This document shows, in pieces, positions 42,088 through 49,994 of a stretch of DNA of 64,000 bases. Made by a program: the position numbers and the translations under genes. The stretch is from Promethearchaeota archaeon (GTDB lineage Archaea > Asgardarchaeota > Lokiarchaeia > Sigyniarchaeales > SOKP01), in the NCBI GenBank assembly GCA_048940645.1, contig JBHLOI010000013.1, positions 1,602-65,601 of the forward strand. Direction: 5' to 3'. Every line of letters begins with the position of its first letter. Within the stretch, counting starts at the first letter, position 1. The notes under the pieces were generated by a model that was given only the letters and a program-made list of their open reading frames with translations, ran no database searches and was not told the origin of the DNA.

Positions 42088-42999
42088 ATGGATGAAATTG
42101 ATCTCAAGATTATTCTACTTTTATTTAACAATTCAAGATTAACATATAGAGAGATTTCAGACCATTTAGGATTATCAGTTAACGCGGTATATAAACGAGT
42201 ACAGATACTCATCGATTTGAAAATCATAGAAAAATTTTACGCAAGATTGAAACCTTATGCAATTAATGCCATTTATACATTTGTTTTTGGACAATGCAAT
42301 GCTCAGGATATAGATAAGGCGATATCAGAATTAGGAAAACATGAGAATACATGGCAGATTATATTATCTAGTAGAAATTATATGTATATTGGAGCTATGT
42401 TAGAAACGATTCATCAATTAGATGAATATTCCTCATTTGTTTCCCAAACGGTTGAGATTCAATCTCCAAAAATTGCATTACTTTCTGGGGTACAATATAC
42501 TACCCCAATCCCCTATATTGTTCCAAAGTATAGATCAATGAACTATGATAAACTAGATTTAGAGATTATTCGATCACTCAATAAAGACTCACGGAAGCCA
42601 ATATCAGAAATAGCAGATGATGTTAGTAGCACTTCAGGTACAATTCGTCGTCGTCTAAATAGATTGATTGAAGAAGGAATAATTGAATTATCTATAAATT
42701 TTAATCCTGAAGCTTCAAACGATATTTTTGCCTTATTTCAGATAACGATAAACCCTATGGTAGATAAGAATGAATTTGCCCAGTATTTGAATGAAAATTT
42801 TCGTCCAAACCTCTTTTTCTGTTGGACATTTAGTAATCTACCAAACCTAATTTTATGTTGGGTCTGGGCTAATACAATAAAAGAGCTAACTGAATTGGTT
42901 GAGAACATAAAAAAAGAAAATATTGACTCAATCATCTTTGATATAATGTATAAAGTATTTTATTTTGATACTTGGTTAGAAAAACTAATATATAAATAA
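42088..42999 (+). CDS. Tandem Lrp/AsnC-family transcriptional regulator
   Basis: Two HTHs: MDEIDLKII...NSRLTYREIS and YDKLDLEIIRSLNKDSRKPISEIA. Confidence 0.88.
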   Translation: MDEIDLKIILLLFNNSRLTYREISDHLGLSVNAVYKRVQILIDLKIIEKFYARLKPYAINAIYTFVFGQCNAQDIDKAISELGKHENTWQIILSSRNYMYIGAMLETIHQLDEYSSFVSQTVEIQSPKIALLSGVQYTTPIPYIVPKYRSMNYDKLDLEIIRSLNKDSRKPISEIADDVSSTSGTIRRRLNRLIEEGIIELSINFNPEASNDIFALFQITINPMVDKNEFAQYLNENFRPNLFFCWTFSNLPNLILCWVWANTIKELTELVENIKKENIDSIIFDIMYKVFYFDTWLEKLIYK

Positions 43000-43034
43000 A
43001 AACAAGAAATTTGTTAATTTAAGAATAGAATGGC

Positions 43035-43874
43035 TCAAATTACGCATATTAGAATATAAAGTGTCGCTCTTATCAAATGGACTATATAAGTCATGAATAC
43101 AGAGGACAAAACTACTTTCCGAGAAAAAATCTTTCTTAATTTAAACTTTTGGCTTAAATTTGGCCCCTTTATCCATAAAATTAAGCTTACTATACCTGTT
43201 ATGCCTGAGATCACAAGTTCTAATAAAAGCATAAACCAAGAAAAAAATGGGTTTAATACGCTTAGGCAATCTCCACCAGCACTTATAAGAGTGATTGCCC
43301 GAATAAAGAAAAAGATGGGACCACCTCCTAAAAGGAGCCACTGTAATCGATTCCAACGCAAGAATACACTTTTCGTTTTAGAAAATTCATGTTTGTTTTC
43401 ATGGGATTGCTCTCTCATATTGTCGTTTAATTTTTCTGCGATATTTAATCCAATATTTTCCATTTTGGGTAAACTATTTTCTTTCAAAGGCCCCTCTTTA
43501 TCGATTACTAAACCTGTAATGGTTGGGTGTATAATTAAAATTTTCATTTTTTTTAAATATCTTATAATCCTCTTGGCTGCTGATCCCGCTAATCGAAAAT
43601 CTGCTTTGGTTTCGAAGGCAAAACCTTCTTTATTTTCCATTTTTAGATGCTTAATTTTGGATAAAAATGCTTTCATTTCTTTTGATGCTCCATGAAAATG
43701 AGTAGGCCCCCCAATTCCAATAACATCATAATTTTTAAGTTCTACTGTATCAAAATCTTGAATAGAATTGCTATCTACATAGACACCTCCTGCTTCTAAT
43801 CCACGACTCAATGACATTGCTACTTTCTTTGTATTTCCATATACAGAATCATATAAAATTAGAGCCTTTTTCAT
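43035..43874 (-). CDS. Flavodoxin domain fused to three C-terminal TM helices
   Basis: ILYDSVYGNTKKVA, IGGPTH, AFET, then hydrophobic segments. Confidence 0.8.
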   Translation of the reverse strand: MKKALILYDSVYGNTKKVAMSLSRGLEAGGVYVDSNSIQDFDTVELKNYDVIGIGGPTHFHGASKEMKAFLSKIKHLKMENKEGFAFETKADFRLAGSAAKRIIRYLKKMKILIIHPTITGLVIDKEGPLKENSLPKMENIGLNIAEKLNDNMREQSHENKHEFSKTKSVFLRWNRLQWLLLGGGPIFFFIRAITLISAGGDCLSVLNPFFSWFMLLLELVISGITGIVSLILWIKGPNLSQKFKLRKIFSRKVVLSSVFMTYIVHLIRATLYILICVI

Positions 43875-44068
43875 ACCTTTCCCTCGCTTTTTAACATTTG
43901 AACCATTTCATAATGTTTCCGATAAAATAATTTTGTAAAAAAGCCATGTTCGCGTTTACAAAAGGGCAAACCATTTGAAGCTGAATGATATTTATTACAT
44001 TCTTCACAATTTCCATGATTAGAGCATCCATTTTTAGGACAGGGACAAATTAAACTTATTTGTATCAC
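43871..44068 (-). CDS. Small Cys/His-rich metal-binding protein (DUF6485-like)
   Basis: CPCPKNGCSNHGNCEECNKYH...LPFC; stop overlaps the next start (ATGA). Confidence 0.7.
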   Translation of the reverse strand: MIQISLICPCPKNGCSNHGNCEECNKYHSASNGLPFCKREHGFFTKLFYRKHYEMVQMLKSEGKV

Positions 44069-44350
44069 CTCATTTTTGTTTAATTAAGGTATAGAATGCT
44101 TCTAGATATAATTCTAAGTTTAGATTAGAGCGAATAAATTGCCCTATTTTAATATCAAATTTAATTGAATTTTCAACTAAATGGTTGAAAAATAAAATAT
44201 TAAACCCATATTTTTTTAACTCTTTAATTTAAAATCTTCTATCTTCTGAGGTCTAATATTATTACTTTATTCGATTATCAGTGTACATGGATATATATGA
44301 GGATTATTATGTTTAATTATTTAACTCAAAACTAAATTGGGTGGAAATAG

Positions 44351-44677
44351 TTGGAAAAAAATAAAAAAGCATTTAAATTTATAGTGAAAACAATAATAAA
44401 GTCAACATTTTTGCTAATATATATCATCTTTTTAGGTGGATTGATAATAGGCGGCATATCTTCAGGTATTATGACCTTAATTCCCGATGAAGCAAGCAAA
44501 CCATGTTATTTAGGATATTACGCACATTGCTCGTTTACGCCGTTTAGTACATTAATTTTATTTGCAATGGCAATAATCGGAACAGCACTTCTAATTAAAT
44601 TAATAAAATACCTGAAAAGAAAAATTAAAATGGCTAATGAAAGTAAACCAATAATAAAAGCTTTAATAAAAAGTTAA
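44351..44677 (+). CDS. Two-TM membrane protein with a Cys-containing loop
   Basis: TM - ASKPCYLGYYAHCSFTPFS - TM. Confidence 0.65.
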   Translation: MEKNKKAFKFIVKTIIKSTFLLIYIIFLGGLIIGGISSGIMTLIPDEASKPCYLGYYAHCSFTPFSTLILFAMAIIGTALLIKLIKYLKRKIKMANESKPIIKALIKS

Positions 44678-44885
44678 AAACCAAAAACTTACTTTTTTTT
44701 TCTTTTTTTTGTTTTAGAAAGAAATTAAGTTTCCAAATGGATTATAAACTATAAAAATATCTTACATTTCATTTTTCTAGCTTAGTAGTGTTGCAAGATT
44801 AGTATTATAATCTATAATAAAACCTTTTTTAATATTAGTTTTAGTTCATATAGTATGTTTGCTATTATAAAATGGTGATATAACA

Positions 44886-45305
44886 ATGGTCAAAGCTATA
44901 CCCTATTTATTAGTAAAAAATGGTAAAGAAGCAATTAAAGTTTATGAAGATTTATTTGGTGCTAAGTTAACAAGTCATGAATCATTTTCACCCGAAATTG
45001 GAAAAGAATTTGGTTTTCCTGATGATTTTGATTATGATAATTCTACTATGCATGCAAAGCTAGAGATCGATGGAGCAGAGATATATCTGGCAGATAATTT
45101 TATGAGATATCCTGGGTCAGGTAATGTTGAGGTAACATTAGATCTTGATAGCGAAGAACAAATGAACACAATTTATAATAAAGTAAAAGAGAAAGGTTAT
45201 AAAATAAAGATGGAACTCCAAAAAACTTTTTGGGGTGCTTGGTTTGCCCGATTTGAAGACTCAGATGGAGTTGGGTGGCAACTTAATTATCAATCAGAAA
45301 AATAA
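44886..45305 (+). CDS. VOC/glyoxalase PhnB-like protein
   Basis: IPYL, MHAKL, YLAD, LQKTFWGAWFARFEDSDGVGWQL. Confidence 0.9.
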   Translation: MVKAIPYLLVKNGKEAIKVYEDLFGAKLTSHESFSPEIGKEFGFPDDFDYDNSTMHAKLEIDGAEIYLADNFMRYPGSGNVEVTLDLDSEEQMNTIYNKVKEKGYKIKMELQKTFWGAWFARFEDSDGVGWQLNYQSEK

Positions 45306-45471
45306 ACCTGAAATATATAAATTTTTAATAAAACTACATTTATTTTTTTAGGAAGAATTCAATTAAAGTTCTGATTCATTCAAAATTTAAAAGAGATTAT
45401 TTATAGATCTTAATTTAATATATTTTAAACTTAAAAATTATTTAACTCACCATTTTACAGGATAGTAGAGA

Positions 45472-46029
45472 ATGTTCTTAGAAAAATTAAAGGAATTTCC
45501 AAAGAATTTATACGTCTTAATTATTACAATTATAGGCTTTTTGATGTTTATTCTGATCAATATACTGATTTTTATGCCTATAAATCAGATTGTGCCACCA
45601 CCCTATGGAATTTTAGATTTCGAATTCTCATGGGTACCAGAACAAGTTCTAACGATTTTTGCAACATGGGGGGCTTCTGGAATGGCAGCAGAAGCCTTAG
45701 CAATCTATTGGGACTTTTTGTACATTGTAGGCTATGGATCTTTTATTTTTGGCGCTATTTTGCTTGTTACAAGAAGCTTAGAGGGGAACCTTCAAAAAAT
45801 TGGCCTGTGGATGAGTTTAACCCCAATCCTAGCAGGAATTTTTGATATTATAGAAAATATCAATTTACTAGTCATGTTAGATACTGCACCCACATTTTCA
45901 TCATTTGTACCATTTGTAGCTTCTTTAACAGCTTTAATTAAATTTAGCGTACTTATTCTAGGGATAGCTTTCTTTTTTGTAGCACTAGTTATTGTAATAA
46001 TAAGGCTAATCAGAAAAAGAGATAATTAA
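45472..46029 (+). CDS. Four-TM membrane protein
   Basis: ILDFEF, DFLYIVGY, AGIFDIIEN, IKF motifs within TM segments. Confidence 0.7.
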   Translation: MFLEKLKEFPKNLYVLIITIIGFLMFILINILIFMPINQIVPPPYGILDFEFSWVPEQVLTIFATWGASGMAAEALAIYWDFLYIVGYGSFIFGAILLVTRSLEGNLQKIGLWMSLTPILAGIFDIIENINLLVMLDTAPTFSSFVPFVASLTALIKFSVLILGIAFFFVALVIVIIRLIRKRDN

Positions 46030-46065
46030 CTATATTAAAGTTATAACTTGAAAAATTGAATTTAG

Positions 46066-46392
46066 ATGGAAAAAAAGAATAATAAATCCAAATTGAATAT
46101 TAAAGAATTGAAAGAATTTTATGTCAAAACAAAAAATATAGATAAAAAACTAGATCACGGGCGAGCTTATAGAACTCTTATTAATCCAATTAGAAGAGAG
46201 ATACTAAAATTTATTGGATATAGCATTAAATCCTTGAAAGAGATAAAAAGTGAATTTCAGTTTGATGAAACTCAAATAGTTTACCATCTAAATATGCTCA
46301 AACAAACATTTTATATTTTAGATTCAAATGAAGGCTGGAAACTAACTCCAAGAGGAATTGGTTTTTTAGAAAATACAAAATTGGAAATGTAA
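46066..46392 (+). CDS. ArsR-like winged-helix protein
   Basis: LINPIRREILKFI, YHLNMLK, WKLTPRG. Confidence 0.8.
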   Translation: MEKKNNKSKLNIKELKEFYVKTKNIDKKLDHGRAYRTLINPIRREILKFIGYSIKSLKEIKSEFQFDETQIVYHLNMLKQTFYILDSNEGWKLTPRGIGFLENTKLEM

Positions 46393-47544
46393 TCAGAAAA
46401 GGGGGTACGTTCCATATTCTTTTGCTGCTCCAATCATCCAACTTAATTGTTTAACTGATATACCCGGATGAAAATTCGCGGGAGACAACATATATCCACC
46501 GCCATGTCCAAGAGCCTTAATAGCATTTTTCACCGCATCTTCAACTTCTTGTTTAGTAGCATCAACCAAAATATGACGCGTATCAATATTTCCTGATAAG
46601 CATAATTTATTACCAATTTTTTTCTTAACTAAATAGGGATCAACGAGAGGTGGTTCTAAACATTGAAGCCCATCAAAACCAGATTCAACGATGAAGTCCA
46701 AAAGAGTGGTAATATCACCATCGGTATGTAAAATAAATTTTCCTCCCCATTCATGGATCGCGTGTGCTACTTCTTGATAGCATGGTAATAAGTACTTATA
46801 GAAATATTTTGGATTAATCATTGGACCTCCACTATGTGCGATATCTCCCCCTTCAAGAAAAACTTTAGCTCCACAATCAGAATAAGCCTTAAAAATGGTT
46901 AAAACGAAGTCAGTAGTAAATTGAAATCTTTCTTCAATTAATTTAGGGTCATTTTTTAATGCACGAGCAAAGTAGTTCATTCCCATACCTTGCCAAACAG
47001 GTGGAAAAATAGACGTAAGAGCATCTTGAGCAATAATATAGATGTCATCTTTAATATCACGGCACTTTCGTAAAACACCTTTATAAAATTTTTTAGCTTT
47101 TTTATATTCTTCTTTCAAATCGGGTTTTGGATATGCTTCCCAATCTGCTCGATTTTTAATATACCCTCCATAGTAATCTGGGTATGGATTTCCATCTATA
47201 TTCTTGATTCTATGTCTTTTCCCGAAAACATCAGTCATTTCAGTTTTACTTTCGATGATAAATGGTATATAATGAATGCCGACTCCATCAAATCCCAGTT
47301 CATAAGCTGCTCTGACACATTTCGCGAAAACAGATATTTCAATATCATTGAGGATTGAATTTATTCTATCCAGCCATTCAACTGAATATTTTTTTTCCAT
47401 CTCATCAAAAATATCAAACGCGTTTCTTTCTGGTTTGCCAATAACTTGATCAGCTACATTACCATCGAATTGTATTGTATGAATTGGAATTCTATCTGGT
47501 TCTTCTAGATTTAAAGCTGTCCAAATACGTTCAAAACTATTCAT
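46393..47544 (-). CDS. Uroporphyrinogen decarboxylase / MtaA-CmuA superfamily protein
   Basis: EEPDRIP, DVFGK, GDIAHSGGPMINP, LHTDG, GNID, GGGYMLSPAN. Confidence 0.85.
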   Translation of the reverse strand: MNSFERIWTALNLEEPDRIPIHTIQFDGNVADQVIGKPERNAFDIFDEMEKKYSVEWLDRINSILNDIEISVFAKCVRAAYELGFDGVGIHYIPFIIESKTEMTDVFGKRHRIKNIDGNPYPDYYGGYIKNRADWEAYPKPDLKEEYKKAKKFYKGVLRKCRDIKDDIYIIAQDALTSIFPPVWQGMGMNYFARALKNDPKLIEERFQFTTDFVLTIFKAYSDCGAKVFLEGGDIAHSGGPMINPKYFYKYLLPCYQEVAHAIHEWGGKFILHTDGDITTLLDFIVESGFDGLQCLEPPLVDPYLVKKKIGNKLCLSGNIDTRHILVDATKQEVEDAVKNAIKALGHGGGYMLSPANFHPGISVKQLSWMIGAAKEYGTYPLF

Positions 47545-47636
47545 AAAATATAAACCAAAATCTCAAAATAATTGATTTATATTTATTAAAACAGTGAAAT
47601 AAATTTTAAGAAAAGTAACTTTATTGAGTAATTGCA

Positions 47637-48395
47637 GTGCAGATTAAAAGTACTTTAGAAACGATTAGAAATTTCTTGGATTCACTAATTCAAAACGGAG
47701 TAAAAGTTGAGGTTTATACCCGAAAAGAAGATCAATTAAATTACTTTAGAGAAATTAATATTGGGGTAAATCATGAAGAATTCAAAGAAATTATCCTTCA
47801 AGAGGAAACTAAATTAGAATTAGGAGGTGGAGATCAAAAATCCTTTTCGCTTGTTTATCCAATAGAGGAATCAGACTTAATACATGATGGAAAAATTAGA
47901 TTAGTTGGTTCTGAGATAAAAGAAATATCAAATAAAGCTATAGATTTTGGATTATTTTTACTAATTGGAGTTGATAATCTTACGGAAAATTCTTTTGATG
48001 AGTTAAAAAACCTTACTTTTATTTCAAATAGCATTGAAGGTTTTATGATTCGTACTATACCAAGAAGATTTTGGTGTCGATTAAGTAAATCTATTATTAA
48101 TAAATTCTCTTTTGAGTTCTTGGGCAATGCTATAATGTTCTTATATCAGCAGAAATTCAAAGAAATTAAATCGATGGAAATAATATTTATAAACTCAAAT
48201 CCAAAATTAATAGAATCTCTTATTGGCTTGACCTCATCGATTAGAACGGACCTAGAAAAAAAGTGGAGGAAAAAAGTAAAAGAATGGAAGAGGAGAGTAG
48301 ACTGTGATTTTAACTGGGATTGTAATGAATGTCCTTATTATGATGTTTGTGAAGATGTCAAAGAAGTATTAGAAAAAAGAGAGATGATAGATTGA
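47637..48395 (+). CDS. Stand-alone acetyl-CoA synthase beta (CdhC/AcsB) domain homolog with C-terminal Cys cluster
   Basis: LELGG...SFSLV...IHDGKIRLVGSEI...IEGFM...WCRLSK...FSFEFLG matches the CdhC N-terminal / AcsB middle domain pattern. Ends DCDFNWDCNECPYYDVC with no A-cluster domain. Confidence 0.7.
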   Translation: MQIKSTLETIRNFLDSLIQNGVKVEVYTRKEDQLNYFREINIGVNHEEFKEIILQEETKLELGGGDQKSFSLVYPIEESDLIHDGKIRLVGSEIKEISNKAIDFGLFLLIGVDNLTENSFDELKNLTFISNSIEGFMIRTIPRRFWCRLSKSIINKFSFEFLGNAIMFLYQQKFKEIKSMEIIFINSNPKLIESLIGLTSSIRTDLEKKWRKKVKEWKRRVDCDFNWDCNECPYYDVCEDVKEVLEKREMID

Positions 48396-49174
48396 TTAAT
48401 AATTTTAAAAAACCTATTAGAATTGCGATTGTGGGCAAAGGTGGAGTAGGAAAGACTGTAATCACAGTTTTATTTACAAAAGCTATCACTGAATATTATA
48501 ATTATAAACTTCTATTGATAGATGCTGATCCTACCCATCCGCATTTAAGCAATATGGTTAAAGTCAAACCCAATAAATCCCTTGAGGAATTAAGAGTTGA
48601 AGCTGTAAAAAAGGCGCATAGCGGAGGAGAATCTGCTCAAAAACTTGCTGAAAGAATAGATTTTGATGTGTATGAAGGGATAGCTGAAAGTAAAAATTTT
48701 AGCTTGTTTTCAATTGGTCAACCAGAAGGTCCTGGATGTTTTTGCCCATCAAATATTCTTCTGAGAAAAGTGATTGAATCAATTTCTAAGGATTTTGATA
48801 TTATTTTAATAGATGGTGAAGCTGGACTTGAACAAATTAATCGGATGGTGTTGAAATCTATCGACATCCTATTAATTGTAACAGATTTATCTTTAAGAAG
48901 TATTGAAACTGCCAATTCAATAAAAAATCAAGCTAAAAAGTATACAAATTATAAAGATTTAGGCGTTCTAATCAATAAGGTAAAGGGAAATATTGATATA
49001 ATAATTAACAAGCTAAAAGAATTAAAGCTTCCATTAATTGGCTCAATACCAGAAGATAATATTATAATGGAATTCGATTTACAAGGAAAGCCTCTTATTG
49101 ATATTCCAAACGATTCTGTAAGTTATGAAAGCTTAAAAAATGCAATAAAAGAGCTATTCTCTTCTTTTAAATAA
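48392..49174 (+). CDS. cooC: CooC/AcsF-type nickel-insertion ATPase
   Basis: GKGGVGKT, IDADP, GPGCFCP (CxC), DGEAGLEQ. Confidence 0.87.
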   Translation: MINNFKKPIRIAIVGKGGVGKTVITVLFTKAITEYYNYKLLLIDADPTHPHLSNMVKVKPNKSLEELRVEAVKKAHSGGESAQKLAERIDFDVYEGIAESKNFSLFSIGQPEGPGCFCPSNILLRKVIESISKDFDIILIDGEAGLEQINRMVLKSIDILLIVTDLSLRSIETANSIKNQAKKYTNYKDLGVLINKVKGNIDIIINKLKELKLPLIGSIPEDNIIMEFDLQGKPLIDIPNDSVSYESLKNAIKELFSSFK

Positions 49175-49661
49175 CCTGTTTCATAATTTCATTTACCCAT
49201 GAAATTGTTTTCTCCTTTGCTTCTTCAGGATTATTATTTAGTGGTTCACGAAAACCAATCTTTCCTATAATTTCTGTATCTTTTAATGCATTAATAAATC
49301 GTTCTAATCCTTTTCCAGGTACTCCAGCGCTACAAGTCCAAATAGCTATTTTTTTGTCAGAAAGATCATACATAGATAAAAATGAGCGCAATGGCGGTGA
49401 GTAAGTCCAAGCCCATACTGGAGTTCCTAAAAATAATAAATCATAATCGAGAGGGTTTTTATCAATTTCATGTAATTTAGGTTTCTTTTTCATTGTTGCT
49501 TGGAACCCTCCCCACATATATTTCATTGAACTACTTGAGTTAAGCTCCTTAATTGGCTTTAGCTCTAAAATGTCAGCTTTTGTTATATCCTGAATAATTT
49601 CAGCAATGAATTGGGTATTTCCCGTAAGAGAATAGTAAACTATTAAAATTTTTTCAATCAT
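49167..49661 (-). CDS. Flavodoxin
   Basis: VYYSLTGNT, LGTPVWAW, TCSAG. Confidence 0.88.
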   Translation of the reverse strand: MIEKILIVYYSLTGNTQFIAEIIQDITKADILELKPIKELNSSSSMKYMWGGFQATMKKKPKLHEIDKNPLDYDLLFLGTPVWAWTYSPPLRSFLSMYDLSDKKIAIWTCSAGVPGKGLERFINALKDTEIIGKIGFREPLNNNPEEAKEKTISWVNEIMKQVI

Positions 49662-49726
49662 TTTTGTTAATAAGCTTTTTTAAAGTAAAAAATAGCACTT
49701 AAGATAAAAACTTAATTACAATCTAA

Positions 49727-49745
49727 GAAAAAGTTTTTATATTAA
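49727..49745 (+). promoter_or_regulatory. Candidate BRE/TATA promoter for the leuS leader transcript
   Basis: GAAAAAG followed by TTTTTATATTAA, centred about 25-27 nt upstream of ATG 49765, consistent with a leaderless start. AT-rich context limits certainty. Confidence 0.5.
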
Positions 49746-49764
49746 AAAGTACGATTTTTATATA

Positions 49765-49854
49765 ATGATCTCAAATAATACTGCACCACAATCACGCGTA
49801 AAAGCAAAATTTTCTTTAGTTGATTTACTTGCAGTGTTATTGTTATTATTATAA
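49765..49854 (+). CDS. Putative Leu-rich leader peptide (uORF) of leuS, 29 aa
   Basis: ATG ATC TCA ... TTA GTT GAT TTA CTT GCA GTG TTA TTG TTA TTA TTA TAA = MISNNTAPQSRVKAKFSLVDLLAVLLLLL; 8 Leu in the last 12 codons; ends 140 nt before the leuS ATG. Confidence 0.75.
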   Translation: MISNNTAPQSRVKAKFSLVDLLAVLLLLL

Positions 49855-49967
49855 GCGAAACCAATCCGCCTATTCTTTTTCTATTGAAATTCTCACGGAT
49901 TGTATCGCGTGGTATGGATTTTACTTGAAATAGATTATAGGTGGGGCGTGTTTGATGATGCATCAAA
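49855..49967 (+). promoter_or_regulatory. Structured leader RNA with alternative helices (candidate attenuator)
   Basis: CAATCCG 49862-68 / CGGATTG 49896-902 competes with CCGCCTAT 49866-73 / ATAGGTGG 49937-44; U-tract 49871-85; hairpin TTTGATG/CATCAAA 49951-67. Confidence 0.65.
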
Positions 49968-49994
49968 ACCAAAATAAGGAAAAGGTATGAAAAA

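Noticed and set aside
41840-42227. Minus-strand ORF 41958..42227 and peptide-like fragments (REEILIKAVEEVLREK) nearby
   Set aside because: Mostly antisense to the Lrp gene; the fragments are in different frames with stops and cannot be assigned to a family.
43093-43695. 200-aa plus-strand ORF
   Set aside because: Entirely antisense to the flavodoxin-TM gene, which carries the real motifs.
49855-49994. T-box riboswitch as an explanation of the leuS leader
   Set aside because: No T-box consensus (AAnnnGnGTGGnACC-type bulge) or Stem I AGUA/GA motifs found; T-boxes are bacterial.
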